A stretch of 64,000 nucleotides of DNA, from assembly GCA_963169855.1 (NCBI GenBank), contig CAUJCN010000002.1:452885-516884 (forward strand), given 5' to 3'. Each line of letters starts with the position of its first letter. The first letter of the stretch is position 1. Origin of the DNA: Patescibacteria group bacterium (lineage in GTDB: Bacteria > Patescibacteriota > Dojkabacteria > J137). The notes under the pieces were generated by a model. That model was given only the letters and a program-made list of their open reading frames with translations. It was not told the DNA's origin and searched no databases. Positions 30,080 through 39,651 of this stretch are shown here, piece by piece. Made by a program: the position numbers and the translations under genes.

Positions 30080-30730
30080 ATGAGAATTTGTCCTGCAATC
30101 CTAACTAATAATGAAGCTCACTTCAGCGAGCTACTGAGAAGTTTCCAGATTTTTGAGGAAATAGATATAGATCTGATTATCCCTGGAAATCTTACCCCAG
30201 AGAAAAAAACTGTTGGGATCGAATTTGTTATTAATGAAATTTCTCGATTCCAAAGTAAGCGATACAAGATTCATCTAATGTGTGATTTTCCATTCGAGGA
30301 AATCAGAAAAGTTATAGACAAAGTTGGATTCTTGGACTTAACCTTTATTATTCATCAAGAGAGTAGCTTTGACATGATGGATGTTGAAAAATGTAAAACG
30401 CCAATAGGCATTGCATTAGAATTCACCACGAAATTAAAGGACATTTACTATTATGAAAACTTTGCTTTAGTGCAAATTATGACAGTTGAGATAGGTGGAC
30501 AAGGAAATGCATTCGAACCGAAGGCAATGAATAAGGTAACAGAATTGAGGGATTTAGGGTATGATAGAGATATTGAAATCGATGGTGGAATTAATCTCGA
30601 CACAATAAGTTACATTGCGAAATTCCCAATAGATATACTTTCTGTTGGATCTTATTTCACAAAATCCTTGAATGTACTAGAAGACAAAAGACTTTTAGAA
30701 GACGAAATAGAATTAATTCTTAAGAAATAG
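30080..30730 (+). CDS. rpe: Ribulose-phosphate 3-epimerase (divergent)
   Basis: ICPAIL, IHLM, QIMTVEIGGQGNAF, IEIDGGIN, VGS. Confidence 0.85.
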   Translation: MRICPAILTNNEAHFSELLRSFQIFEEIDIDLIIPGNLTPEKKTVGIEFVINEISRFQSKRYKIHLMCDFPFEEIRKVIDKVGFLDLTFIIHQESSFDMMDVEKCKTPIGIALEFTTKLKDIYYYENFALVQIMTVEIGGQGNAFEPKAMNKVTELRDLGYDRDIEIDGGINLDTISYIAKFPIDILSVGSYFTKSLNVLEDKRLLEDEIELILKK

Positions 30731-30732
30731 TT

Positions 30733-32007
30733 ATGCCAACAATTACAGAATTACCAAAGAAAAGTATTACAACAGAGATTCCGCAGAAAAAATCAAAGAT
30801 AGTTCAGAATGTGACTTTCTTTGGAGATTCAGCAATTCCAGAAGGTGATGCGATTTATAATTCAGTTTTTGATGCAGCGAAATTGCTTGCAACAAATGGA
30901 TATACAATTGTAGATGGAGGCGGCCCTGGAATTATGAAAGCAGCAACAGATGGAGCGGAATCAGTAAATGGCAATACTGTTGCGGTTTACTGGGAACCAA
31001 AATTAGCAGCTTTTTTTGAAGGGAAGAATCTAGCAAACCTTGCCGATAAATCGTTAGCAGAATCTAACTATGTGATGAGAACTTTTGGTTTAATAGAACA
31101 GGGAGATGTTTTCGTTGTGTGCAAAGGGGGAACAGGAACAATTTCCGAATTTGGATTAGTTTGGTGTTTAGGAAAACTATATTACGGATGCCACAAGCCT
31201 GTAATTTTATATGGAGATTTTTGGGACGAATTGATTGCCGCATTTCAGAAAACTATGTATATAGATGATGTCGAAATGGCTGTATTGCATAGAGCAAAAA
31301 CGCCAGAAGAATTAGCTGAGTTAATAGAGTCTTTCGAAACAGTATTCGCACACTGCGTTACTGTCGATAACAGAGCTTCAGACGAATTGGCATTCATTAT
31401 AAATGCAAGGAGAGACAAAACTGCAGAAAGTTACGACAAATTTGCATCAGAATATCATGCTTCAAGAATTGGAACACTGCCTTCTCAAACACAGTTGGAT
31501 GAATTCATTGAGCTAGTTCATTCCCCAGCTAGAGTCTTGGATATTGGTAGCGGAACCGGTCAAGACATTGCTTATCTTTCTCAAAAATATTCTACTGATG
31601 GATTAGAAATATCTAAGCGAATGGTTGAGATTTCTAAACTTGAAAGTCCTCACAGCAATATTGTTCAAGGTGATTTAGTAACTAAAGATATCGGTACAAA
31701 TAAATACAAAGGAATTTGGAGTAGAGATGCTATTCATCATATTCACGAAGAAGAATTAGACAATGTTTTCAAAAAGATTTCTAACGCACTTGTGGAAGGT
31801 GGAATCTTCTACTGCTTGGTTAGAGAAGGTGAAGGTGAAATCGTGGAGAATGAGGATAAAGGATATGGAAAAATGGAACGTTTCTATCATTTATTTTCAT
31901 CTGCAGAATTAATCGAGAGAGCAGAGAAGGCAGGGTTAGAATTAGTAAAGTTAGATAGAAACAAAAGAAGTCACATGTGGTTGATTGGAGTCTTCAGAAA
32001 AAAGTAA
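30733..32007 (+). CDS. LOG-family nucleotide phosphoribohydrolase fused to class I SAM methyltransferase
   Basis: N-half VTFFG, GGGPGIM, KGGTGTISE, KPVILYG..W; C-half VLDIGSGTG, GLEIS..MV. Confidence 0.8.
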   Translation: MPTITELPKKSITTEIPQKKSKIVQNVTFFGDSAIPEGDAIYNSVFDAAKLLATNGYTIVDGGGPGIMKAATDGAESVNGNTVAVYWEPKLAAFFEGKNLANLADKSLAESNYVMRTFGLIEQGDVFVVCKGGTGTISEFGLVWCLGKLYYGCHKPVILYGDFWDELIAAFQKTMYIDDVEMAVLHRAKTPEELAELIESFETVFAHCVTVDNRASDELAFIINARRDKTAESYDKFASEYHASRIGTLPSQTQLDEFIELVHSPARVLDIGSGTGQDIAYLSQKYSTDGLEISKRMVEISKLESPHSNIVQGDLVTKDIGTNKYKGIWSRDAIHHIHEEELDNVFKKISNALVEGGIFYCLVREGEGEIVENEDKGYGKMERFYHLFSSAELIERAEKAGLELVKLDRNKRSHMWLIGVFRKK

Positions 32008-32032
32008 TTTTCCTCAATTAATTTTAAGCATT

Positions 32033-32055
32033 AAAAAACCCGCCATTGGCGGGTT
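32033..32055 (-). terminator. Intrinsic terminator of the histone-like gene
   Basis: AACCCGCC-att-GGCGGGTT hairpin with T run on the minus strand. Confidence 0.8.
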
Positions 32056-32076
32056 AAAGAATTAAAAAAAGTGAAA

Positions 32077-32250
32077 TTACTTTCTCTTTTTTGCTGCTGA
32101 TTTTTTAGCAGGTTTCTTAGCAACTTTTTTAGCTGCTTTCTTTACAACTCTTTTAGCAACTGACTTCTTTGCAACTTTCTTTTTTGCAACAGTCTTTCTT
32201 GCTACTTTCTTTGTTGCTTTTTTAGCAACTTTTTTCTTGGCAACTGCCAT
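32077..32250 (-). CDS. Histone H1-like Lys/Ala/Val-rich basic protein, 57 aa (not in ORF track)
   Basis: Manual translation MAVAKKKVAKKATKKVARKTVAKKKVAKKSVAKRVVKKAAKKVAKKPAKKSAAKKRK*; own terminator. Confidence 0.85.
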   Translation of the reverse strand: MAVAKKKVAKKATKKVARKTVAKKKVAKKSVAKRVVKKAAKKVAKKPAKKSAAKKRK

Positions 32251-32348
32251 AGGTAGGTAACTTAAAAAATAAAAATAGTTATCTTGGTTATATTCTGAGA
32301 TAATTTGAGATGAATGTCAAGTATTTGATAAAATCGAAAACCTCATCT

Positions 32349-33284
32349 ATGAAGAATACTGATAAAAAACAAGATATAATCAAAAAACTCCAAGACATTT
32401 TTGGAGACGGAAAGGCCGAGCAGATAATCAAAAGCATTACTTTCAACAAGCCAAAAACTTTTAGAATTAATCGTTTAAAATTCACTGCTAATGATGATTT
32501 AAACGAGATAAAATCTCACATTAAAAATGCAGATTTTTCTGATAGTTTTATTTCGAGCGAAGAAATTCAAATTTCAAAAACAAAATTAAATGGTGATAAG
32601 AAAATTTACATTCAAGAATTAGCAAGTATGATTCCTGTTGTTGTTTTAAATCCAAAAACTGAAGAGAATATTCTTGATATGTGTGCATCGCCTGGAAGTA
32701 AGACTTCAATGATTCAATCTCTTACAAACAATAAAGCCAATGTAACTGCTGTGGAAAAAAGTTTAGGAAGATTTTACAAACTGAAAGAAATTGTAACTGA
32801 TCAAGGTTGTGAAAATGTAAAGTTCATTCATTCAGATGCAAATTATTTAATTAAAAAATTTCCTGACTTTGCAAATTCATTTGATAAAGTAATGTTAGAT
32901 GCACCTTGTTCTAACGAAGGTGGAATAGTGTTGAGCGAGCCTTCAACATATAAATATTGGAGCTTAAAAGAAGGCAAGCAAATCAGCAAATTGCAGAAAG
33001 GACTCTTAAACAGTGCTGGAAAATTAGTGAAACCCAGAGGCGAAATTATCTATTCTACCTGTACTTTTAGTGTAGAAGAAAACGAGGAAGTTGTGGATTG
33101 GTTTTTACGTAGAAATCCGAATTTCCAACTCGAAGCAATAGATTTAAAGATAGAAAATGCACAGGAGGGAATTACTAAATATAAAGACAAATGCTTCGAT
33201 TCGACTGTCAGCAAGACTCTTCGAATAATTCCCAATGAAAGATTTAAAGGTTTTTTTGTAGCACGCCTAAAACGCTTACAGTAA
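32349..33284 (+). CDS. RsmB/RsmF/NOP2 family RNA (cytosine-C5) methyltransferase
   Basis: YIQELASM, LDMCASPGSKT, DAPCS, YSTCT..EENE, GFFVA. Confidence 0.92.
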   Translation: MKNTDKKQDIIKKLQDIFGDGKAEQIIKSITFNKPKTFRINRLKFTANDDLNEIKSHIKNADFSDSFISSEEIQISKTKLNGDKKIYIQELASMIPVVVLNPKTEENILDMCASPGSKTSMIQSLTNNKANVTAVEKSLGRFYKLKEIVTDQGCENVKFIHSDANYLIKKFPDFANSFDKVMLDAPCSNEGGIVLSEPSTYKYWSLKEGKQISKLQKGLLNSAGKLVKPRGEIIYSTCTFSVEENEEVVDWFLRRNPNFQLEAIDLKIENAQEGITKYKDKCFDSTVSKTLRIIPNERFKGFFVARLKRLQ

Positions 33285-33362
33285 TTAGTTTCTGAAAATC
33301 GGAAACAAAGCACCTCTAAGAACTGCTAAAATTATGTTAATATCTACAGTTTAAATTATTGT

Positions 33363-34280
33363 ATGTTAAAAAATTTAGTAATAGCTGTTGTAGTTATTGC
33401 GTTGGTAGCAGGAGCTTTTTCGATTATTAACGGGCAAAAAAAAGATTCTTTTTTCTTAATCCGAGAAGAAGGCGATATCTTTTTTAAAAATACTGAGACG
33501 GAGTCTTACCTAACACTTTCTCAAGACGAGATTTCTCTTCAAAATGGTAGTTATATTAAAACAGGAGAATTCTCTTCGGCACATGTTATTCTTCCAGATA
33601 ATACTGTAATTTCTTTAGACGAGAAGACTGAATTGCAAATCAATCTTGCAGATGAAGGAATCGAGATCTTCCAGTTTCTTGGAAAAACATGGAATAGGGT
33701 AGAAACACTTACAAACGGAAAAAAATTCGAAATTAAATCTGGCGACGCCGTTGCTGCAGTTAGAGGAACAATTTTTCACTTTGAAGTAAATGCCGATGGG
33801 ACAAAAGGAATAAAAGTTGTCGAGCACTCAGTTGCGTTAAGCAATACTGCACAGGAGATTCTTACTAATGAAGAGGAGAGTGGAGTTGTTAGTGTTGAGG
33901 GCAAAATTACCAAAGGGACTATTCCAGAATCATTCTTGAAATCAAGATGGTATATCAGAAATAAAGTTTTGGATCAAATTAAACGAACAGGATTAGATAA
34001 TATTTTTTTGAAAGACAAGATTAAAAAAGAATTTATTAGGGATGAGCTAGTTCAGACTAGATTCAATATCAAAGATACTAGTGTTCAATCTTCTTTATTA
34101 TCTATTGTTATTGATACAAGTGACTCGACTGTTTGTTCGAAAACTGCAGAAATCCCTCCTTATGTGAAATACTCTAAATTTGGTGAATTATATGAAGCTT
34201 TCCTAGGAAGTTGTGCTGATAACAGACTCGAAGAAGTTGAAATCAAGGAATTGGCAAGAATCTACGCCACAATAAAATGA
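33363..34280 (+). CDS. FecR-domain protein, exported or anchored
   Basis: Signal/TM; IKTG..S.A...LPD.T.I.LDE.T; AVAAVRGT.F. Confidence 0.8.
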   Translation: MLKNLVIAVVVIALVAGAFSIINGQKKDSFFLIREEGDIFFKNTETESYLTLSQDEISLQNGSYIKTGEFSSAHVILPDNTVISLDEKTELQINLADEGIEIFQFLGKTWNRVETLTNGKKFEIKSGDAVAAVRGTIFHFEVNADGTKGIKVVEHSVALSNTAQEILTNEEESGVVSVEGKITKGTIPESFLKSRWYIRNKVLDQIKRTGLDNIFLKDKIKKEFIRDELVQTRFNIKDTSVQSSLLSIVIDTSDSTVCSKTAEIPPYVKYSKFGELYEAFLGSCADNRLEEVEIKELARIYATIK

Positions 34281-36175
34281 GAAGAATAGGGATCTACCTA
34301 CTCATCTGCATCTTTGTAATTCCAATCGTTCTATCAGAACCGATAAAAAATTTAAATTTTCTTTTTACTGATAGACTTCATAATTCTGAACCACGCTCAG
34401 AAATTGTTGTCGTTGGGATTGATGATAAGTCACTCCAAAATATAGGTGCTTGGCCATGGAGTAGAGGTGTATTTGCAGATTTTTTGGGTAATCTGATGGA
34501 AGTGAATCCATCTGTAGTTGGGTTCGATGTGATTTTTGGAGAGAGCAGAGAAGGTGATTTAGAACTTCAAAATATTATAGATGTGAATCCAAATAAAATT
34601 GTTTTTGGAAGCAAAGTCATTGATAACAACGAAGTCATAAAACCGGTTTTTAATGTCGCTTCCGGATACGTCAATTTTGTCCAAGACGAGGACGGCAAGA
34701 TTCGAAGAAATACTCCTTTTACTGTGATCGACTCGGTTTGTGAAACCAGTTTCTCATTCAAAATTTTTCTGAGGTATCTTTTTGTACAAAATTTTGTGTG
34801 CGACGAATTAAAATTGAGGAACAAATTTTATCCTTCCGTAAACAATCGTGTTTCTCCAGAATTTACAAAAGAGCAGTTTAAAACAATAAGTTTTGTTGAT
34901 GTTCTAAACAAAAATTTTAAATCTGAGGATTTTAAAAACAAGATAGTTTTGGTGGGTTCCACAGCCATCGATCTTCGTTCAAGTTTAAACGATAATTTTA
35001 CCGATATTTTTGGAAATGCAGTTCCAGGAGTTGCGATTCATGCCAATATTATTAATGGATTTTTAAACGATGATTTACTTAAAGAAGTGGACTACAGTTA
35101 TTCAATTTTGATTCCTCTTTTAATTTCGGTATTTCTATTTGCTATATTTACTAAGTCGGCAAACAAGACTTTGAATCTTTGGTTATTTATAGTTTTGTTC
35201 GTGATCTTGAATCTGATTCTATTGGTTGCAATTGAATTCAATTTCTTACCTGATTTCGTAACTCCTAATGTTTACTTAATCCTTGCATTCGCTTCTTCAG
35301 TTATTCTTAAGTTTTTTGTTCAAAAGAAAGAAAAAGAGTTTGTTGAATTGGCATTCGAACAGTATATGAACAAGAAATTATTGAATGAATTAAAGAAGTC
35401 CCCTCATAAACTGAATCTTGGAGGAGAGACTAAAGAGATCAGCGTTCTATTTAGTGATATTCGAGGATTTACATCTATTTCTGAAAAATTGGATGCTCAT
35501 GGGTTGATTACCTTCATAAACAGTTACTTGGAACACATGAGCAAAATAATTTTGGAGAACGAAGGAACTATCGATAAATATATTGGAGATGCAATTATGG
35601 CTATTTGGAATGCACCTATTGATGTTGTAAATCATGCAGAATTTTCTGTTTTAGCAGCTTTAGCAATGCAAGAAAGCACAGAACAATTTTCAAGTAAGTT
35701 TCCAAATCTACCTAGAATTAAAATTGGAATCGGAATAAATACTGGGAATGTAGTTGTTGGAAACCTGGGTGGGTCGATGCGGTTTGACTACACTGTTATT
35801 GGTGACGATGTTAATTTAGCTTCGAGAGTAGAAAGTCTTACTAAAAAGTATAATTGTACGATTCTGGTGACTGAGAATACTAAAAAGTTGGTTTTGAATG
35901 AAAATATTAAATTTAGGCAAGTAGACGAAGTAATCGTAAAGGGCAGAAGTACCCCGGTCAAAGTTTACGAACCTTACATTGAAGAACGCCCATATTTCAC
36001 TATTTATGAAAAAGCATTTGTATTCTACCAAAATGGAGATTTTCAAGAATCGATTAATGCTTTAAAATCCATCTTAGAAGATCCTGTATCTCAAACTCTT
36101 TTGGAGAGATGCGAAAACCTTATTTTAAATCCACCAAAAGATTGGAATGGATGTTGGGAATGGGACGAAAAATAA
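34277..36175 (+). CDS. CHASE2-domain class III adenylate/guanylate cyclase
   Basis: IVVVGIDDKSL..IGAWPWSR, PGVAIHA; three TM helices; LFSDIRGFTSISE, DKYIGDAIMA, YTVIGDDVNLASRVE. Confidence 0.93.
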   Translation: MRRIGIYLLICIFVIPIVLSEPIKNLNFLFTDRLHNSEPRSEIVVVGIDDKSLQNIGAWPWSRGVFADFLGNLMEVNPSVVGFDVIFGESREGDLELQNIIDVNPNKIVFGSKVIDNNEVIKPVFNVASGYVNFVQDEDGKIRRNTPFTVIDSVCETSFSFKIFLRYLFVQNFVCDELKLRNKFYPSVNNRVSPEFTKEQFKTISFVDVLNKNFKSEDFKNKIVLVGSTAIDLRSSLNDNFTDIFGNAVPGVAIHANIINGFLNDDLLKEVDYSYSILIPLLISVFLFAIFTKSANKTLNLWLFIVLFVILNLILLVAIEFNFLPDFVTPNVYLILAFASSVILKFFVQKKEKEFVELAFEQYMNKKLLNELKKSPHKLNLGGETKEISVLFSDIRGFTSISEKLDAHGLITFINSYLEHMSKIILENEGTIDKYIGDAIMAIWNAPIDVVNHAEFSVLAALAMQESTEQFSSKFPNLPRIKIGIGINTGNVVVGNLGGSMRFDYTVIGDDVNLASRVESLTKKYNCTILVTENTKKLVLNENIKFRQVDEVIVKGRSTPVKVYEPYIEERPYFTIYEKAFVFYQNGDFQESINALKSILEDPVSQTLLERCENLILNPPKDWNGCWEWDEK

Positions 36176-36176
36176 T

Positions 36177-37607
36177 ATGGGAGAAAATAGAGGAGAGGAC
36201 AACTTTGAGGAAGAAATAGATTTAGATGCTACACAATTATCACCAATAATCGTAGAAGAATTTGTGAATGAATCGGAGGTTTTGAAAGAGTATGAATTTC
36301 GTAATTACTTATTCTCTGGGTTAAATATTCCGTTGGGAATGCAATGCATTCTAGAAAGTCTTTTTGTTCTTTACATAAACAGCAAACCCTATGGTAACTT
36401 ACTTATTTCAGAATTTAGCTCGTTTGTATTAGATAAGATTGCTGGATATTTTAACGATGCTAACGATCCCGAATTTCCTAAGCCACTTTCAGAATCCATG
36501 ATAAGCTTGACTCTGGAATCTGGAGTACACGATAGGCTGGACGAAATAATGACAAGACATCTTGCTAACATGTCTATCGCAGAAGTTTCTCAGATAATAA
36601 ACAATTTAAAAAGCAATTACATATTAATTAATGGAGGATATGATCCTTACGAAACAGCTAGGTTATCCGCAGAAGATACTCAAGAATTTCAAGCTGTTAA
36701 ACCTTTTACTTTTACAGTTTTAGATTTCGATAAAATTGCTACGGGAGGTGCTTTAAATTTTGGTTTCACCAAATTCTTATCGAGCTACATTAGTCGTTAC
36801 GATTTGGAAAGAGAGGATGATGCTGGATTTAAACGTGTAGACTTCGCAGAATTCGAAGCATTAATAATCCAAGATTTCGTAGATGCCAGAACTACAATCG
36901 AAGAAAGGTTCGAAAAGCTCAAAGATGGAGCCGACCAAAGCGAAACAGCTCAAAACTTACTTCGGTACAGGATCGTTACCGACCTGATTCCAAAGATTTA
37001 CTTTCCAGCAAATCAAGAGTCACCGGATGCAGCTTATGCATTCATATTTGAATTGTTAACAATGTATCCACAGATGCTAGAAGAGGAATTCCGAAAACTT
37101 GAACAACTTCTTCAGCAACAGGTTATAGTTCACACACCAAAAGAAATGTTAGATTCTACATTGCGACAAATGGATGGTTTCGCTAACTTTAGATATACAA
37201 TGGAAAGTACCTATGATAGGAATTATTCTATGAGTCAAACATTTCTCACAATTTTAAATTGGATAGATACATCCTCTCAGCCAAATCTTGGATACTACTT
37301 CATGTATGTTTATGTTTGCTATAAAGCTTTACTAAATGTTGACATAGAGGAGGGGATTGTGACCGAAAGTATTTGGGATTTCGAAGCTACAGCTTTAGTT
37401 GATTTGTATGAGAAAGCCATAGAAGAAGATCCTAAGAACTGGGTTAAAATTGCTTACGAAAGTTTCAGAGACGAAGCATTTGTATATTTGAATGGAGCAA
37501 GAGAATTTGGGCATATTGATAACGACATGTTTGTAAGAATCTCTGATGGACTTAAACATTTTCAAACAATGTTTATGGAAAGAATGAAAGTTCTGATGGA
37601 GACTTAA
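36177..37607 (+). CDS. Acidic all-helical hypothetical protein
   Basis: Long ORF directly after the cyclase stop; no motif recognised. Confidence 0.65.
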   Translation: MGENRGEDNFEEEIDLDATQLSPIIVEEFVNESEVLKEYEFRNYLFSGLNIPLGMQCILESLFVLYINSKPYGNLLISEFSSFVLDKIAGYFNDANDPEFPKPLSESMISLTLESGVHDRLDEIMTRHLANMSIAEVSQIINNLKSNYILINGGYDPYETARLSAEDTQEFQAVKPFTFTVLDFDKIATGGALNFGFTKFLSSYISRYDLEREDDAGFKRVDFAEFEALIIQDFVDARTTIEERFEKLKDGADQSETAQNLLRYRIVTDLIPKIYFPANQESPDAAYAFIFELLTMYPQMLEEEFRKLEQLLQQQVIVHTPKEMLDSTLRQMDGFANFRYTMESTYDRNYSMSQTFLTILNWIDTSSQPNLGYYFMYVYVCYKALLNVDIEEGIVTESIWDFEATALVDLYEKAIEEDPKNWVKIAYESFRDEAFVYLNGAREFGHIDNDMFVRISDGLKHFQTMFMERMKVLMET

Positions 37608-37651
37608 ATTCTCAGCGAAATGTAACTTCATCTATTGTATAATTTCTAAAT

Positions 37652-38920
37652 ATGAGTTTACCCAATTCACCTATAAAAGGAACTGCTGACTGGTTTCCAG
37701 AAGAGTTCAAAATTAGAAAGTATATATTCGATAACTGGAGAAAAGTCTGTGCGTCTTTTGGATACGAAGAATACATGACTCCACTTGTGGAAGATGTAGC
37801 TATCTACAAAGCTAAGTCTGGAGACGAAGTTGGGGGAGTGGAACTGTGGACAATTGAACGAGAAAATGAAGCTTATGCGATTAGACCAGAAATGACACCA
37901 AGTGTAACTAGAATGGTTACAAGATTTTATGAATCGAAGCCAAAGCCTATCAGATTATTCTCGGTTGCAAACTTCATGCGATTTCAGAAACCTCAACGAG
38001 GTAGAAACAGAGAATTCTGGCAATTGAATTTTGATATTTTTGGATCAGAAAAAATCGAAGCTGATATCGAAATTCTTCAAATGGCGTTAGAAATTATGAA
38101 GAGTTTTAATCCTCCAGCAGGATCGTTCACAATGTTTGTAAATGATAGAGTCTTAATTGACTACATTCTATCTGTGGAGTGCGGAGTTGCTGATGAGAAA
38201 AGAAAAGAAGTGGTGAGATTGATGGATAAATCAGAAAAGATGAAAAGAGAGGATTTTGGAACAGCTTTAGAAGAAGTTGGAGTTTCATCTGCTGGGGTTC
38301 AAGCACTGGTTGATTTTTTAAATATTAAAGAAGCCGATAAACTAGTCGAGAGATTTCCTGCGGTTGCAGATAATCTTGGGTTTACAAGAATCATGAAGAT
38401 TCTTGAAAGTCTTAACATTAGAGGATATGGTAATTGGGTTAAATTTCAGCCAAACATTATCCGTGGATTTGATTATTACGATGGAATGGTTTTCGAAGTC
38501 TTTGATAATCATCCTGAAAACAATCGATCGCTTTTTGGAGGAGGACGTTACAATGGACTAGCAGGGATTTTTGGAAAAAATTCCTTCCCTGCTGTTGGAT
38601 GTGCTCCTGGCGACGAAACTTTGAGACTATTCTTAGAGAGTTGGGATTTGTTAGGACAAATGAAAAAAGAAGAATCATATTTCTTACCAAGATTAGCGGG
38701 AGTTTCGGATGAATCTTTTGAAAAACTAGCTTCTAAGTTGAGAGGTGAAGGAAAAATTCTAGTTACAGGATTAGAAGAATCAGGGTTAATGAAAGCTTTC
38801 GATTTTGGAGAGAAGAGAGGAATGAGTTACGTAATAATCTTTGGTGAAGAAGAAAATTCAAAAAGAATTTATAAAGTTAGAGACCTTAAGACAAGAGAAG
38901 AAAAGGAGTTTAGTTTGTGA
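37652..38920 (+). CDS. hisS: Histidine--tRNA ligase
   Basis: KGTADWFP, RPEMTPS, PQRGRNREFWQ, RGFDYYDG, GGGRYNGL. Confidence 0.96.
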   Translation: MSLPNSPIKGTADWFPEEFKIRKYIFDNWRKVCASFGYEEYMTPLVEDVAIYKAKSGDEVGGVELWTIERENEAYAIRPEMTPSVTRMVTRFYESKPKPIRLFSVANFMRFQKPQRGRNREFWQLNFDIFGSEKIEADIEILQMALEIMKSFNPPAGSFTMFVNDRVLIDYILSVECGVADEKRKEVVRLMDKSEKMKREDFGTALEEVGVSSAGVQALVDFLNIKEADKLVERFPAVADNLGFTRIMKILESLNIRGYGNWVKFQPNIIRGFDYYDGMVFEVFDNHPENNRSLFGGGRYNGLAGIFGKNSFPAVGCAPGDETLRLFLESWDLLGQMKKEESYFLPRLAGVSDESFEKLASKLRGEGKILVTGLEESGLMKAFDFGEKRGMSYVIIFGEEENSKRIYKVRDLKTREEKEFSL

Positions 38921-39651
38921 TAGATAGAAAATACTGGACTGAGCAGACGACTGGGTTTCTTCGTACCACTGCATTTATTAACTCCATTCGCGGTGTTATT
39001 GATCAGAATGCTCCCTTGCCAGTTTTCCTGGTTGATGCTGGATGTTCCGAAGGCGTGAGTACAATTGAACTTCGAAGTTTATTCCCGACCTCTCATGTAG
39101 TTTATGGAGTCGATATAAATTTAGAAGCAGATGCTGATTACAGACAGAAGGAAAGAACAGTTCGAGCTTTAGTTAATCAAGGAGAACTGAACTCCGAAGA
39201 TACTAGAATGATTAAATTTTTAGAAAACGATTATTACAAACCAGTATTTAGAAGAAACTCTGTAGATATTTTTTTGATTTTAAATTCAATAAATTACCTT
39301 TATAGATTTCCTCACGATTTTAAAGACAAAATTCCATTTTTAGTACAGTGCCTTGGTAACGCAGCACTTTCTTTAAACCCAAATAAAGGAAGATTAATCT
39401 TAGGGAAGAACGGTAGGGACTCTAAGCCAGGAAATCAATCTCATCTTGATTACACTATTTTAGAAAGAGTAGGTGATGAAATTTCTCTTAAAGGAGATGA
39501 ACAATTTTACGCTGTTGGGGAAGTTCCCTATACAATGAAATTAGATTTTGCAGATGAGATGAATAAAGAGCTTAAATTTCGTATATATGGAGAATCCTAT
39601 TTAAGACGAAAAAGATCGATAGGTGAAATATCGCTGAATGAAGAAGCTTAG
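38917..39651 (+). CDS. Class I SAM-dependent methyltransferase-like protein
   Basis: LVDAGCSEGVST and YGVDIN motifs. Confidence 0.65.
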   Translation: MIDRKYWTEQTTGFLRTTAFINSIRGVIDQNAPLPVFLVDAGCSEGVSTIELRSLFPTSHVVYGVDINLEADADYRQKERTVRALVNQGELNSEDTRMIKFLENDYYKPVFRRNSVDIFLILNSINYLYRFPHDFKDKIPFLVQCLGNAALSLNPNKGRLILGKNGRDSKPGNQSHLDYTILERVGDEISLKGDEQFYAVGEVPYTMKLDFADEMNKELKFRIYGESYLRRKRSIGEISLNEEA

